DNA of 64,000 nucleotides from Poseidonia sp. (lineage in GTDB: Archaea > Thermoplasmatota > Poseidoniia > Poseidoniales > Poseidoniaceae). The translations under genes and the position numbers were made by a program. Shown here in pieces: positions 17,901-26,074 of the stretch (position 1 is the first letter of the stretch; each line of letters begins with the position of its first letter). The stretch spans positions 17,299 to 81,298 of the forward strand of contig JBMZJQ010000001.1 in the NCBI GenBank assembly GCA_049617635.1, written 5' to 3'. The notes beneath the pieces were generated by a model. That model worked only from the letters and a program-made list of their open reading frames with translations, was not told the origin of the DNA and ran no database searches.

Positions 17901-18551
17901 TCAAACTACTGAGTCACCCACCGTGGGGGCGCTTCCGTATTGGAGTTCCTCGTACGTGCTACCGCCGCTGTCGACGGTAAAGAGAAGGATGTGGTCGGCG
18001 TTGGCCGTTGGGATGCACTCATCGATCTCCATCACCACGACGTACGTGGTGCCAGGATCAATGGTGATGACGGGGGTCGCCACGGTTTCACCGTTGCCGG
18101 TGTGTATTGTGGCCCCTGCCAATGTTCCTTGAGCGAACACCGTGGAATCGGCGTTAGTGCCGGTACCGCCAACGGCACCGTCGTCACCGAGACTCTCGCA
18201 GATCACCGTGTAACCGATGTCGTCACCCTGTGTGGGCTGGGAGCCTGGCGCCAATTCAAACGTCACAAACAGTTCTGCTGCATCAGCATCACCGCCTGTG
18301 CCGCCCAGGGCGTTGTCAGCACCAAGGTCCAGTTCCTCAATGATGACGTTGAGGAGCGTCATCTTGGTAGACATCTGCTCTTGGGTGTCATCACCGCTGG
18401 CTTGTGCGTTTTGCTGCAACTTCTCGGCCGTCTGGATGATGACCGCTGCTGCAACCGCTGCAACGAGAATCAACGCAATGAACACAATCATTGCACCAAT
18501 ACCAATGGCAGCGAGGTTATCGCTTTCTTCTTTCTTCATTTCTTGCTTCAT
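17901..18551 (-). CDS. arlB: archaellin ArlB (FlaB), copy 2
   Basis: It has the same N-terminal 40-residue core as copy 1 and a divergent C-terminal domain. GGTGAT SD 3 nt before the ATG at 18551. Confidence 0.9.
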   Translation of the reverse strand: MKQEMKKEESDNLAAIGIGAMIVFIALILVAAVAAAVIIQTAEKLQQNAQASGDDTQEQMSTKMTLLNVIIEELDLGADNALGGTGGDADAAELFVTFELAPGSQPTQGDDIGYTVICESLGDDGAVGGTGTNADSTVFAQGTLAGATIHTGNGETVATPVITIDPGTTYVVVMEIDECIPTANADHILLFTVDSGGSTYEELQYGSAPTVGDSVV

Positions 18552-18610
18552 ATTATCACCATTTTGTGTTTTTTTTGCCTCCCGCTCCTTGCGGGTGGAA
18601 TTGGATGCGG
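18552..18610 (-). promoter_or_regulatory. arlB upstream spacer: GC hairpin (CCCGC-N5-GCGGG), A8 tract and GGTGAT SD; possible internal archaellin promoter
   Basis: Read directly. The A-rich tract sits about 25-30 nt upstream of the ATG and could act as a TATA-like element. The polarity is wrong for an oligo-U terminator. Confidence 0.3.
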
Positions 18611-19564
18611 TCAGAGTTCACCTCCCTGACCGAGGTTGATGCGAAGCGGCATGCGTATGATGGCCACCTCGTCTGGAGCAAGATTTCTGATGAAGGGGAC
18701 TTCTTCTGCGACGAAGCCTGAAGGAATCCAGGGGGTAAGGAGGACCTCTGACAACGGTTCCATGGCCCGATTTTGCACGCGCATGGTCACTGTAATTTCA
18801 CCCGAGCGCATCTCGTATGCGGTAGCGACGGACAGTTTTCGGGTCAACGGGATGTCTTCAGAACTCAGTCGGAAGTTGGGTTTGATTTCAAAGCGAAGCG
18901 GGATGTTTCCTCCCGGGGCGATGATGGGGAGGTCCACGTTGGCAGGCGTGGCGGTCCATCCATCGGGGACCGGGGGCTTCAGGCGGAGCATGGGCATCGG
19001 AATCGGACCGTCATTGATGATGCGGACCAACAGCACACCGGACTCACCGCCTGCTGGCCAACGCGTGTCAACACCCATCCAAAAGTGGCGGAAGAGGAAG
19101 GGGTTGAGGGTGGAGGTGTTGCCGCCGATCATGTCTTCCAGCAAATCTTCTACTTCGGTGGTGGAGGCTCGAATATCACCCATTTCTGCGGCAGCCGTGG
19201 CTTCACGCAGCTTGTAGAGAATACGTTCTGCCTCCTCGAGGGTGATGTGCTTGTGAACCAACAAGCGGTGAAGCATGGCGATGCTTCGGCGCAGGGTGAG
19301 CACGTCCTCTTCCAACTCGTCCAAGGTGCGTTCGGCTCGCTTGATGGTTTTCTTGGCTTTCGAAAGTTGGTGAATACCAAGGTAGACCTTGGCTTCGGCC
19401 AAATCCATCTCGGTCTCGGTCAACGAGGGGTTTTCTCGCCGAGCCGCCTGACGCGCAATTCGCTCAAGCGTCTGAGAGGCTTCCAAGATACCCTGCTCCC
19501 GCGCAGCACGGTCCTCCTCAAGCATGTCGCTTGGCGTGTCCATGGCAAAGGTCTCGTCAGCCAT
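18611..19564 (-). CDS. coiled-coil N-half plus beta-sandwich C-half protein, no signal peptide, unknown function
   Basis: 317 aa from ATG 19564, with a perfect GGAGGTG SD 7 nt upstream. The ATG overlaps the stop of the giant upstream gene (ATGGCTGA). Charged helical N-half. The C-half contains LLVRIINDGP and VTMRVQNRAM, which are CARDB-like strands. Confidence 0.75.
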   Translation of the reverse strand: MADETFAMDTPSDMLEEDRAAREQGILEASQTLERIARQAARRENPSLTETEMDLAEAKVYLGIHQLSKAKKTIKRAERTLDELEEDVLTLRRSIAMLHRLLVHKHITLEEAERILYKLREATAAAEMGDIRASTTEVEDLLEDMIGGNTSTLNPFLFRHFWMGVDTRWPAGGESGVLLVRIINDGPIPMPMLRLKPPVPDGWTATPANVDLPIIAPGGNIPLRFEIKPNFRLSSEDIPLTRKLSVATAYEMRSGEITVTMRVQNRAMEPLSEVLLTPWIPSGFVAEEVPFIRNLAPDEVAIIRMPLRINLGQGGEL

Positions 19565-22500
19565 CGCTTTCCACCTCCGTGGATGCATCAATGTCTTCTG
19601 AGTTCGGGCTCAGGTCAACGGGATCTTTGGCGACCTCGCCTCCGGATGCTGAGGCGACTGATGGAACAGGTTCACCGAGTATCGCACCGAAATCCAAGCC
19701 TTCATCGGCCAAATCGTTGAGCAAGCGGGCGGGGTCGTTCAAGTCACGCTCGATGCGGATGGACTTGACTTCTGCATCGGTCATGCGGCCGTAGAGGTTG
19801 CCGTACATCTTGTCCGAGCGCTTGAGCAGGTACCACACACCAAGCATGATGGCGAAGAAATAGACGGCCATGGCCGCCAAGTTGTTTTGATCGGCGGAGA
19901 GTTGTGGCGGCAATCCAAGCACGATGGCGAGCATCCCCAGCACGGGGATGGAGAGAATGATGGTCAGTTGGCGTCGACTGTCGGTCAGGGCAACGAAATG
20001 GTCGGAGTAAACGGTCGAGATGCCCTTCCGTGCACGCTGATAATCCTCGTGAATCAAACGGAATTCTTCGCTTGACTTCCAAGTCATGCGCCAAATCCAC
20101 AGCGCACAGAGAATCAGCACGGCTGGACCCCAGTACTGGACATGGAACAAATGGAAGGCGAATCCGAAGGCGATCACGCCGGCGTAGACGCCTCCGAGTT
20201 GCCACTTCTCAGATTGTGTCGAAAGGCGAACGAAAACAAACGAAAGCAGGAAGGCGACCACACAGGCCACGAATGCAACGGAGAGGTCGGGGGACCACGA
20301 GCGAACCGTTTCTTGGCCGAGCTCGACGGATTGACCGTCTCGTTGCACGGCACGGGAGACGTCGTTGGCCTCGTTGTTGCCTTCACCGACGTAGAGGAAG
20401 CCGAGCGACGCATCGCATTGAATGTCTTTGCTCACTTCCCACCAATCGATGGTTCCGGGACGAACATCCCAGACGAAGGTGTGCGTTTCTTGAGAACCCA
20501 AGAGAGGAACGATGTCCGGTTGACTCAATATCTCCACATCGCCGTGACAGTCCAATGCAGCGGTGATTCCGAGTGCTTGGGCGGTGCCAAGGTTACGAAC
20601 ATCCACGCTGTAGGTGGTCTCTTGTCCCTCGAAGAAGGCATCGGGGTCGGCTGGACCCTGGTCCTCGATGGACGGGTCGGCAAACACAGCGAGTTTGTAG
20701 GTGAAAATGGCCTGGTCAAACACGGTGTATGCGTTGTTTTCATCGGGATGATAGAGTCGGAATTTCAAATCCCAACCGTCTCCGGCCAGGATGTTTGGTG
20801 AGGTAGGCGCGTCAACCACCAACTGAATGGGGTCGGTCGTGACCCACGGCTGACGGGTTGGAAGCGTCAACCGAGACTCAGCGCCAAGTGAGGTCAAACC
20901 GCATTCCTGGTTGAGGTCAAGAGGGAAGTCGGTGTTGTCAATGCGTACAGCAAAGGACCATTCGTAAAGCGATTCGTTTTGATCGAGTTCCTCAACGTCC
21001 AGCAAACGTTCGGCATCGCACAGTTCCAACTCGTAGGCGACAGCACTCTCAGGCCCGGTGGGAATGTGGGAATAATCGATGGAATAGACCGTCGGACCGT
21101 TTGAGGGATTGACCGCAGTATCGCCGTCCTCGTGGAACCGGTCCATGCGAAGTTCGGTGGTGTATTCGGCGCTTCCTTGCACCCCCGCGTCCACCGGGGC
21201 AATGGATACGATGAGGTTGGCTGCAAGGGTCAGGGCCGGTTCTGGTGCCACGGCTCGAACGGTGAACGAGAACGGTGTTGCCACCCCTCGTTGTAGACTG
21301 AGTGTTGACGGGGCTGCGTTTGAGACTTCCCAATCGGTGCTTGGCAGGGTCAAACCACCCTGAAGCAAAGTGTAGGTCACATCAACATCAATGTCGGTGT
21401 TCCCGGTGTTGGTGATGATCACGTCCCATGTACGGTCGTAACCACGGTGGTAGTATTTCTCGCTGGGCCAGTTTTCAACTTCAACGATGAAAATTGGCGC
21501 CACGATGAAGTTGAAACGGTGCACCTTCAGTTCGTCCTGGGTGGTGGCGTTCAGGATACGCATCGTCACAGGGATGATGGTGCCGTCGAGCATGGTGTTG
21601 TCATCACCAAGGGCGGGAACCTCCACGACGATGGACCCGCTTTGGGTTTCGTCGACAGCGAGGGTCAGCGGTTGGGTAGCAGGCGAAACGCTCCATCCCC
21701 CGCTCACGTTCGTTTCGATGATGATGTTTTCAACCAGGTTTCCGCTGTTGGTGATCGTGAAGTTCACGGTTTGATCTTCGCCCGGAATCACACCGATTTG
21801 GTCCGGCGTGTCGACAATGATTCCGTGTTCTTCGCTGATGTTCCCGAGAATGTCCGCTGAGAGGTTCAATCCCGAATCGGCATTGGACACCCAAAGCGTT
21901 GCTTTGTAATCGGTGGCGGCCAACGCATCGATGGTGGGCGTCAGTCGAACGCGTACGGTGGCTTCGTAGCCAGCCCCAATGGCGACCACGGAGGGTGTTT
22001 CAAGCACGTAGTCCACCTCGCCGGCCTGCGAAGTGTCCAACCACACCGAGAACGTGGCAGGCGTGTTCCCGATGTTGCTAACGACGACGCTGGTGGTGAT
22101 GGATTCGCCGATGGTCAGATTGATTTCCTGACTGGTCGGGCTGAGCGATGCATTCACTTTCTCACCCACGCGGATGGGAACATCGAAACTCGAAATGTAC
22201 GTCCCAGACGTCAATTCCTGGATTTCGATGGTCAAACGCTCAACGCTGTTCGCTGGAGCCATCGGGTCGGTGGTTATCACAAGCGGGAAGGTTTTGATGT
22301 GGTCGGTGGCGTTTGAGGGGTAGTTGGCCACGTCGGCAGGTACCGAGAGCACCGTGGTTGAGGGCATGAGGCTGCCCGAAGAAAAAGAGGCGACCCAGCC
22401 TTGGGGAAGGGAATCGGTCATGATCAAACGATAAGATGTCATGTTGTTGCCGGTGTTCGCCAACGAAATGTCGTACGACGTTTCTTCACCAACCATGACA

Positions 22501-24491
22501 TCAAGCGTGGTTCCGTTGTGCCCCTCAGCTCCCAACACAGGCGGGATGTTGATGTTGAGCGATTGCGTCACCGCTGAGGGGATCACGCCCGAACCTTGGT
22601 GCACGCTTCCAAGCGTGGGTTCTGCCGTGATGAGGACCGAAAGGGTTCCAGAAACCGGATAGTCATCATCGGGGCCTTGGATGGTCAACACCGCATCACT
22701 AGAGTCGCCGAGCGACATGTCGGTGAACAACGAGGGCGTCAAACCAATGGCCCAGCGGTCGGCTTCCTCGAAGCCTCCCGATGAATCGGATGTGAACACA
22801 GGCATATCCAAGGTCAAGGTGGCGTTCACGGTCTCGGCAAGTTCGCTGACGAGGTTGTGACGAACCTCAACATTCAGGTCAAGAATTTCCTCAAGACCCA
22901 TTCCGAGGCGAGCTTGCATGACTTGCTCCACCGTCATGTCGATGCTATCGGTGGGCAAGCCCGGGTCAACCACGATGACGGGAAGGATCGATACGGGTGT
23001 GGCGTTGAGGTGAGGCACACCGCCGTTGGTCGAAGCCGCTTGCACCCAAACCGACATCGAGTCACCAGCGCGATTGTACTCCGCTGAAACCAGAGGACGC
23101 TTGATCACCGGTGGCGTCACCGACAGTGAGACGTTCACCGATTCACCCGGGGCCAATGTCCCGGTGCTCTGGCTGGACAGGTCAAGATCCCAGTTGATTG
23201 GGTTGGTGGAGATGCCGGCATTCAGAGCGAAGGTGCTTGGAGCATTACCGGTGTTTTCGATCTTGACTTGGAGCGTGGTGCTCTGTCCGGGCGTCAAACT
23301 CTTCGAATCAGCGTCCATTTCCACGTGCGCTTCGTAGGATTCGCTGGCCAAAACGGTGGTCGTCACCACCTTGGTGAAACTGCCACCATTGGACTCAACG
23401 GTCAGTGTCACGAGTTCTGAATCGGTTCGAAGTGCGTCCGAAGGAACAGCGACTTGGACAAAGACGGATGTGGTGACGTTGGGGGAAATGGTCGCCGTTT
23501 GGCTTGAAGGAGACATACTTGAAACCCATCCGTTCACGTTGGATTGGCTCACGGTGTAGTCGTCAGAAGCGACGCCCGTGTTCTTCACGATGAAGGTGAG
23601 CGTGGAGGTTTGTCCTGGCTCAACGCTGCGGTCGTGCGCAGCGGTCAATGTGAAGTCGTAGTTCGAAAACACCACACGTTGGTTGAGGAATTCAACCGAA
23701 GTGGTCCAGCCAGTACCCTCGGCGTACATCGTTCCGACGACGTCCCATTCACCGGTCCGAGCCGTGGCGTCAAACGTCATCGCCACCTCTTCGGCAACGG
23801 CTCCACCGTTGTACAATGAACCTGGTCGTACCACTGGAACGATGTTGGACATCTCAGAAAACGTGTTGCCCGTCCCGACCTGCGTGGCGTTTATCCAGAA
23901 GCGAGCCGATTGATTCTTCACGCCGTCGTTGCGCACGGCGATGTCGAAGTCGTGAACGGTTTGTGACCACACCACACTGTTGCCTCCGGTCATGGGTTGG
24001 GGAATGTTGACCACAGGAACGCTGGAGGCTTGATAGCGGCTCACATTGACGATCATTTCATCCTGATTGTTGTTGTTGTTCACGTCGGCTGGACCTGACA
24101 CGCGGGCCTTGAGAATCTGGTTGTTGCCGATGGTGGCCGACCACGAAAACACGGTCACGGAACTTGAGGCACCGGCTTGAATCACGCCAAGGTCCGTGCT
24201 TTCGAGCACCACATCGCCAGAAGATGCCGTTCCTTGAAGCAACAGGGAAAGCGAGGCTTGGCCGGCAGCAAGGCCGATGTTGCGAACTTGAATGCGGACG
24301 ATGTGGGTGGCATCTTCGACTTCGATGCCTCCGCCAAGCACCATTGAACCAGCGTCATCGAGCGTGAACGAAGTGACGACGAAATCCGGTGTGGAGCGCC
24401 CTTCGGCACCGGAAGCGAGCGGAGACAAACTGGTGACCAGCAGCAGCGTGACCAAGGCGAGGGGGAGGGTCCGATTAGACAGGGTCGGCAC
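19557..24491 (-). CDS. giant envelope protein: signal peptide, at least 9 CARDB/NEW3-like beta-sandwich modules, about 5 C-terminal TM helices, acidic cytoplasmic tail
   Basis: Continuous ORF. Recurrent x-[VI]-x-N-x-G strands: IQVRNIG, IAVRNDG, FIVKNTG, VKIENTG, ISLANTG, VVVSNIG, FTITNSG, VIITNTG, VDVRNLG. Signal peptide SNRTLPLALVTLLLVTSLSPLASG. The start is uncertain: GTG 24491 lies inside GGAGGTG, and CTG 24482 lies 6 nt after it. The track extension to 24722 overlaps the upstream gene and looks non-coding. Confidence 0.85.
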   Translation of the reverse strand: MPTLSNRTLPLALVTLLLVTSLSPLASGAEGRSTPDFVVTSFTLDDAGSMVLGGGIEVEDATHIVRIQVRNIGLAAGQASLSLLLQGTASSGDVVLESTDLGVIQAGASSSVTVFSWSATIGNNQILKARVSGPADVNNNNNQDEMIVNVSRYQASSVPVVNIPQPMTGGNSVVWSQTVHDFDIAVRNDGVKNQSARFWINATQVGTGNTFSEMSNIVPVVRPGSLYNGGAVAEEVAMTFDATARTGEWDVVGTMYAEGTGWTTSVEFLNQRVVFSNYDFTLTAAHDRSVEPGQTSTLTFIVKNTGVASDDYTVSQSNVNGWVSSMSPSSQTATISPNVTTSVFVQVAVPSDALRTDSELVTLTVESNGGSFTKVVTTTVLASESYEAHVEMDADSKSLTPGQSTTLQVKIENTGNAPSTFALNAGISTNPINWDLDLSSQSTGTLAPGESVNVSLSVTPPVIKRPLVSAEYNRAGDSMSVWVQAASTNGGVPHLNATPVSILPVIVVDPGLPTDSIDMTVEQVMQARLGMGLEEILDLNVEVRHNLVSELAETVNATLTLDMPVFTSDSSGGFEEADRWAIGLTPSLFTDMSLGDSSDAVLTIQGPDDDYPVSGTLSVLITAEPTLGSVHQGSGVIPSAVTQSLNINIPPVLGAEGHNGTTLDVMVGEETSYDISLANTGNNMTSYRLIMTDSLPQGWVASFSSGSLMPSTTVLSVPADVANYPSNATDHIKTFPLVITTDPMAPANSVERLTIEIQELTSGTYISSFDVPIRVGEKVNASLSPTSQEINLTIGESITTSVVVSNIGNTPATFSVWLDTSQAGEVDYVLETPSVVAIGAGYEATVRVRLTPTIDALAATDYKATLWVSNADSGLNLSADILGNISEEHGIIVDTPDQIGVIPGEDQTVNFTITNSGNLVENIIIETNVSGGWSVSPATQPLTLAVDETQSGSIVVEVPALGDDNTMLDGTIIPVTMRILNATTQDELKVHRFNFIVAPIFIVEVENWPSEKYYHRGYDRTWDVIITNTGNTDIDVDVTYTLLQGGLTLPSTDWEVSNAAPSTLSLQRGVATPFSFTVRAVAPEPALTLAANLIVSIAPVDAGVQGSAEYTTELRMDRFHEDGDTAVNPSNGPTVYSIDYSHIPTGPESAVAYELELCDAERLLDVEELDQNESLYEWSFAVRIDNTDFPLDLNQECGLTSLGAESRLTLPTRQPWVTTDPIQLVVDAPTSPNILAGDGWDLKFRLYHPDENNAYTVFDQAIFTYKLAVFADPSIEDQGPADPDAFFEGQETTYSVDVRNLGTAQALGITAALDCHGDVEILSQPDIVPLLGSQETHTFVWDVRPGTIDWWEVSKDIQCDASLGFLYVGEGNNEANDVSRAVQRDGQSVELGQETVRSWSPDLSVAFVACVVAFLLSFVFVRLSTQSEKWQLGGVYAGVIAFGFAFHLFHVQYWGPAVLILCALWIWRMTWKSSEEFRLIHEDYQRARKGISTVYSDHFVALTDSRRQLTIILSIPVLGMLAIVLGLPPQLSADQNNLAAMAVYFFAIMLGVWYLLKRSDKMYGNLYGRMTDAEVKSIRIERDLNDPARLLNDLADEGLDFGAILGEPVPSVASASGGEVAKDPVDLSPNSEDIDASTEVESDG

Positions 24492-24966
24492 CTCCAGACG
24501 GTTTTTCGAAGCGGTCAATGGTGACCGCTCTGCCTTGCCGCTTCCACTGGGCGAGCAACTGACCGAGCAAGGCTTCGTGTTCGGCATCGGTGATGCCGAG
24601 GCGGCGACGCTCCTCCCAAAGCAACAACTGTTCGGTACGGGTGAGGAGCGCGTCTCGAAGGTACAACTCAAGGGTGCGCCGATACGCATCCCGGTCCGAA
24701 ATGGCATAGACGATGGAATCACCTGGGACTTGATCGGCGCGGTTCTGAATCAGGTTCCCCAACATCAAGGCCTCGTCGTAGCTCAAATGACGCTTGTCGA
24801 GGTCGGTTTGAATAGCACTGGCGATTTCCTGCAGCGTGTATTTGCTATCAGCACGCTGAATTTTCTTGAAGTGTCGACGCGCCTTCCGGGACATGCGTGC
24901 GCCGACCATGGGTTCCTGTGAGTCCTGCCAGTTATTCAAAGAATCGGTTGTAAAGCATGATTTCAC
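24475..24966 (-). CDS. small basic/helical protein, unknown function; first gene of the minus-strand array
   Basis: 163 aa from GTG 24966; ATG alternatives at 24909 and 24894. AATAAAAAG lies about 25 nt upstream of the GTG, so the transcript may be leaderless. Its stop overlaps the start region of the giant gene. Confidence 0.6.
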   Translation of the reverse strand: MKSCFTTDSLNNWQDSQEPMVGARMSRKARRHFKKIQRADSKYTLQEIASAIQTDLDKRHLSYDEALMLGNLIQNRADQVPGDSIVYAISDRDAYRRTLELYLRDALLTRTEQLLLWEERRRLGITDAEHEALLGQLLAQWKRQGRAVTIDRFEKPSGGADPV

Positions 24967-25096
24967 TCATTTTGGCTTACTTTTTATTCAATTTGCATAA
25001 TCGCCATGCTGCGATGCTTTTCGCTCACTCAACAACGCAAATTGTTTGAAAAAAACAAGCAATTCCTTTATTGGACGAGGGTTGGAGGTAATTTTC
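24967..25096. promoter_or_regulatory. AT-rich divergent promoter region (archaellum-strand array to the left, bcp operon to the right)
   Basis: This is the only markedly AT-rich gap in about 15 kb. It has TATA-like tttttattca and cctttattgg, an A7 tract, and a GGAGGT SD 7 nt before the bcp ATG. Confidence 0.5.
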
Positions 25097-25582
25097 ATGA
25101 GCCAACCCGTCGAACTCAGCGTGGGCGACCAAGCCCCCGACTTCACCGCCACCGATCAAAACGGAACGTCCCACTCGCTTTCTGAATACCTCGCCAACGG
25201 CACGTCCGTCATTCTCTACTTCTATCCGAAGGATTCCACACCGGGCTGCACCACACAGGCCTGTGATTTCCGGGACAACCTTGCCCTGTTGAATCAAGGC
25301 GACTACGTGGTGTTTGGTGTTTCGAAGGATTCGGAAAAATCTCACCAAAACTTTGTCAACAAGCAGGAATTGAATTTCCCCCTCTTGATGGACGAAGACC
25401 TCGCTCTCCATGACGCCTTTGGGACGTGGAGAATGAAGAAAAATTACGGTAAGGAATACATGGGCTGCGCCCGCTCAACGTTCGTGATTCGGCCCGATGG
25501 TACCTTGGGATGGTGCCGATACAACGTCAAAGCCAAAGGTCATGTTTCCATGCTCATGCGTGAACTCGGTCTCGGTCAGTGA
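25097..25582 (+). CDS. bcp: thioredoxin-dependent thiol peroxidase (Bcp-type peroxiredoxin)
   Basis: FYPKDSTPGCTTQAC motif. ATG 25097 has a GGAGGT SD; the track start 25046 lacks support. Confidence 0.9.
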   Translation: MSQPVELSVGDQAPDFTATDQNGTSHSLSEYLANGTSVILYFYPKDSTPGCTTQACDFRDNLALLNQGDYVVFGVSKDSEKSHQNFVNKQELNFPLLMDEDLALHDAFGTWRMKKNYGKEYMGCARSTFVIRPDGTLGWCRYNVKAKGHVSMLMRELGLGQ

Positions 25583-25591
25583 GGTGACGAC

Positions 25592-26074
25592 GTGAACGAC
25601 GTGCCCCTCGCTGGACAACGTCTGGATTTGGGCGACGGTGCCGTGGCTTGGTGGCCATGCCATGTTGGTAAGGACGCCAGCATCGGCACAGGGTGCTCCA
25701 TCGGCGCGCTCGCCCACATCGGCCAGCGGGTTGTGATGGGTGCAAGGTGCAAAATACAGGGGGCTGCCTACATCGCTGACGATTGCCAACTTGGCGACGA
25801 TGTCTTTGTCGGCCCCTCCGCAGTGTTACTCAACGACAAATTCCCTCCCTCCAACGACCGTGGCAAATGGAAACCCGTGATCGTTGGCAACGGGGCCGTC
25901 ATCGGTGGAAACGCCACCGTCGTGCCCGGATGCAACCTCGGTGCCCGAAGCGTTCTTGCGGCAGGCTCCGTGCTCACGCACGATTTGCCCGAGGAAGAAG
26001 TGTGGGCAGGCAACCCCGCCCGCTTCCTGATGAGCAGAGCGGCGTACGAACAGCGAAGGGAGGACGAAGCATGA
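25592..26074 (+). CDS. left-handed beta-helix (hexapeptide repeat) acyl/acetyltransferase
   Basis: Repeated [LIV]-G-x4 hexapeptides (IGTGCSIGALAHIGQRVVMGARCKIQG...IVGNGAVIGGNATV). GTG start with a GAGGTGA SD overlapping the bcp stop. Confidence 0.8.
   Translation: MNDVPLAGQRLDLGDGAVAWWPCHVGKDASIGTGCSIGALAHIGQRVVMGARCKIQGAAYIADDCQLGDDVFVGPSAVLLNDKFPPSNDRGKWKPVIVGNGAVIGGNATVVPGCNLGARSVLAAGSVLTHDLPEEEVWAGNPARFLMSRAAYEQRREDEA

Noticed and set aside
18578-18598. GC hairpin plus 8-nt homopolymer run between the coiled-coil gene and arlB, considered as an intrinsic terminator
   Set aside because: On the coding (minus) strand the run is A8 after the hairpin, and on the plus strand T8 precedes the hairpin. 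Neither orientation gives hairpin-then-U or the oligo-U signal used by archaeal RNAP. It is kept only as a possible promoter or UTR element.
24492-24722. N-terminal 77-codon extension of the giant ORF back to the ATG at 24722
   Set aside because: The extension overlaps the 163-aa upstream gene out of frame and is Ser/Pro/Cys-rich and non-protein-like. The signal peptide begins only at about 24491, next to a GGAGGTG motif.
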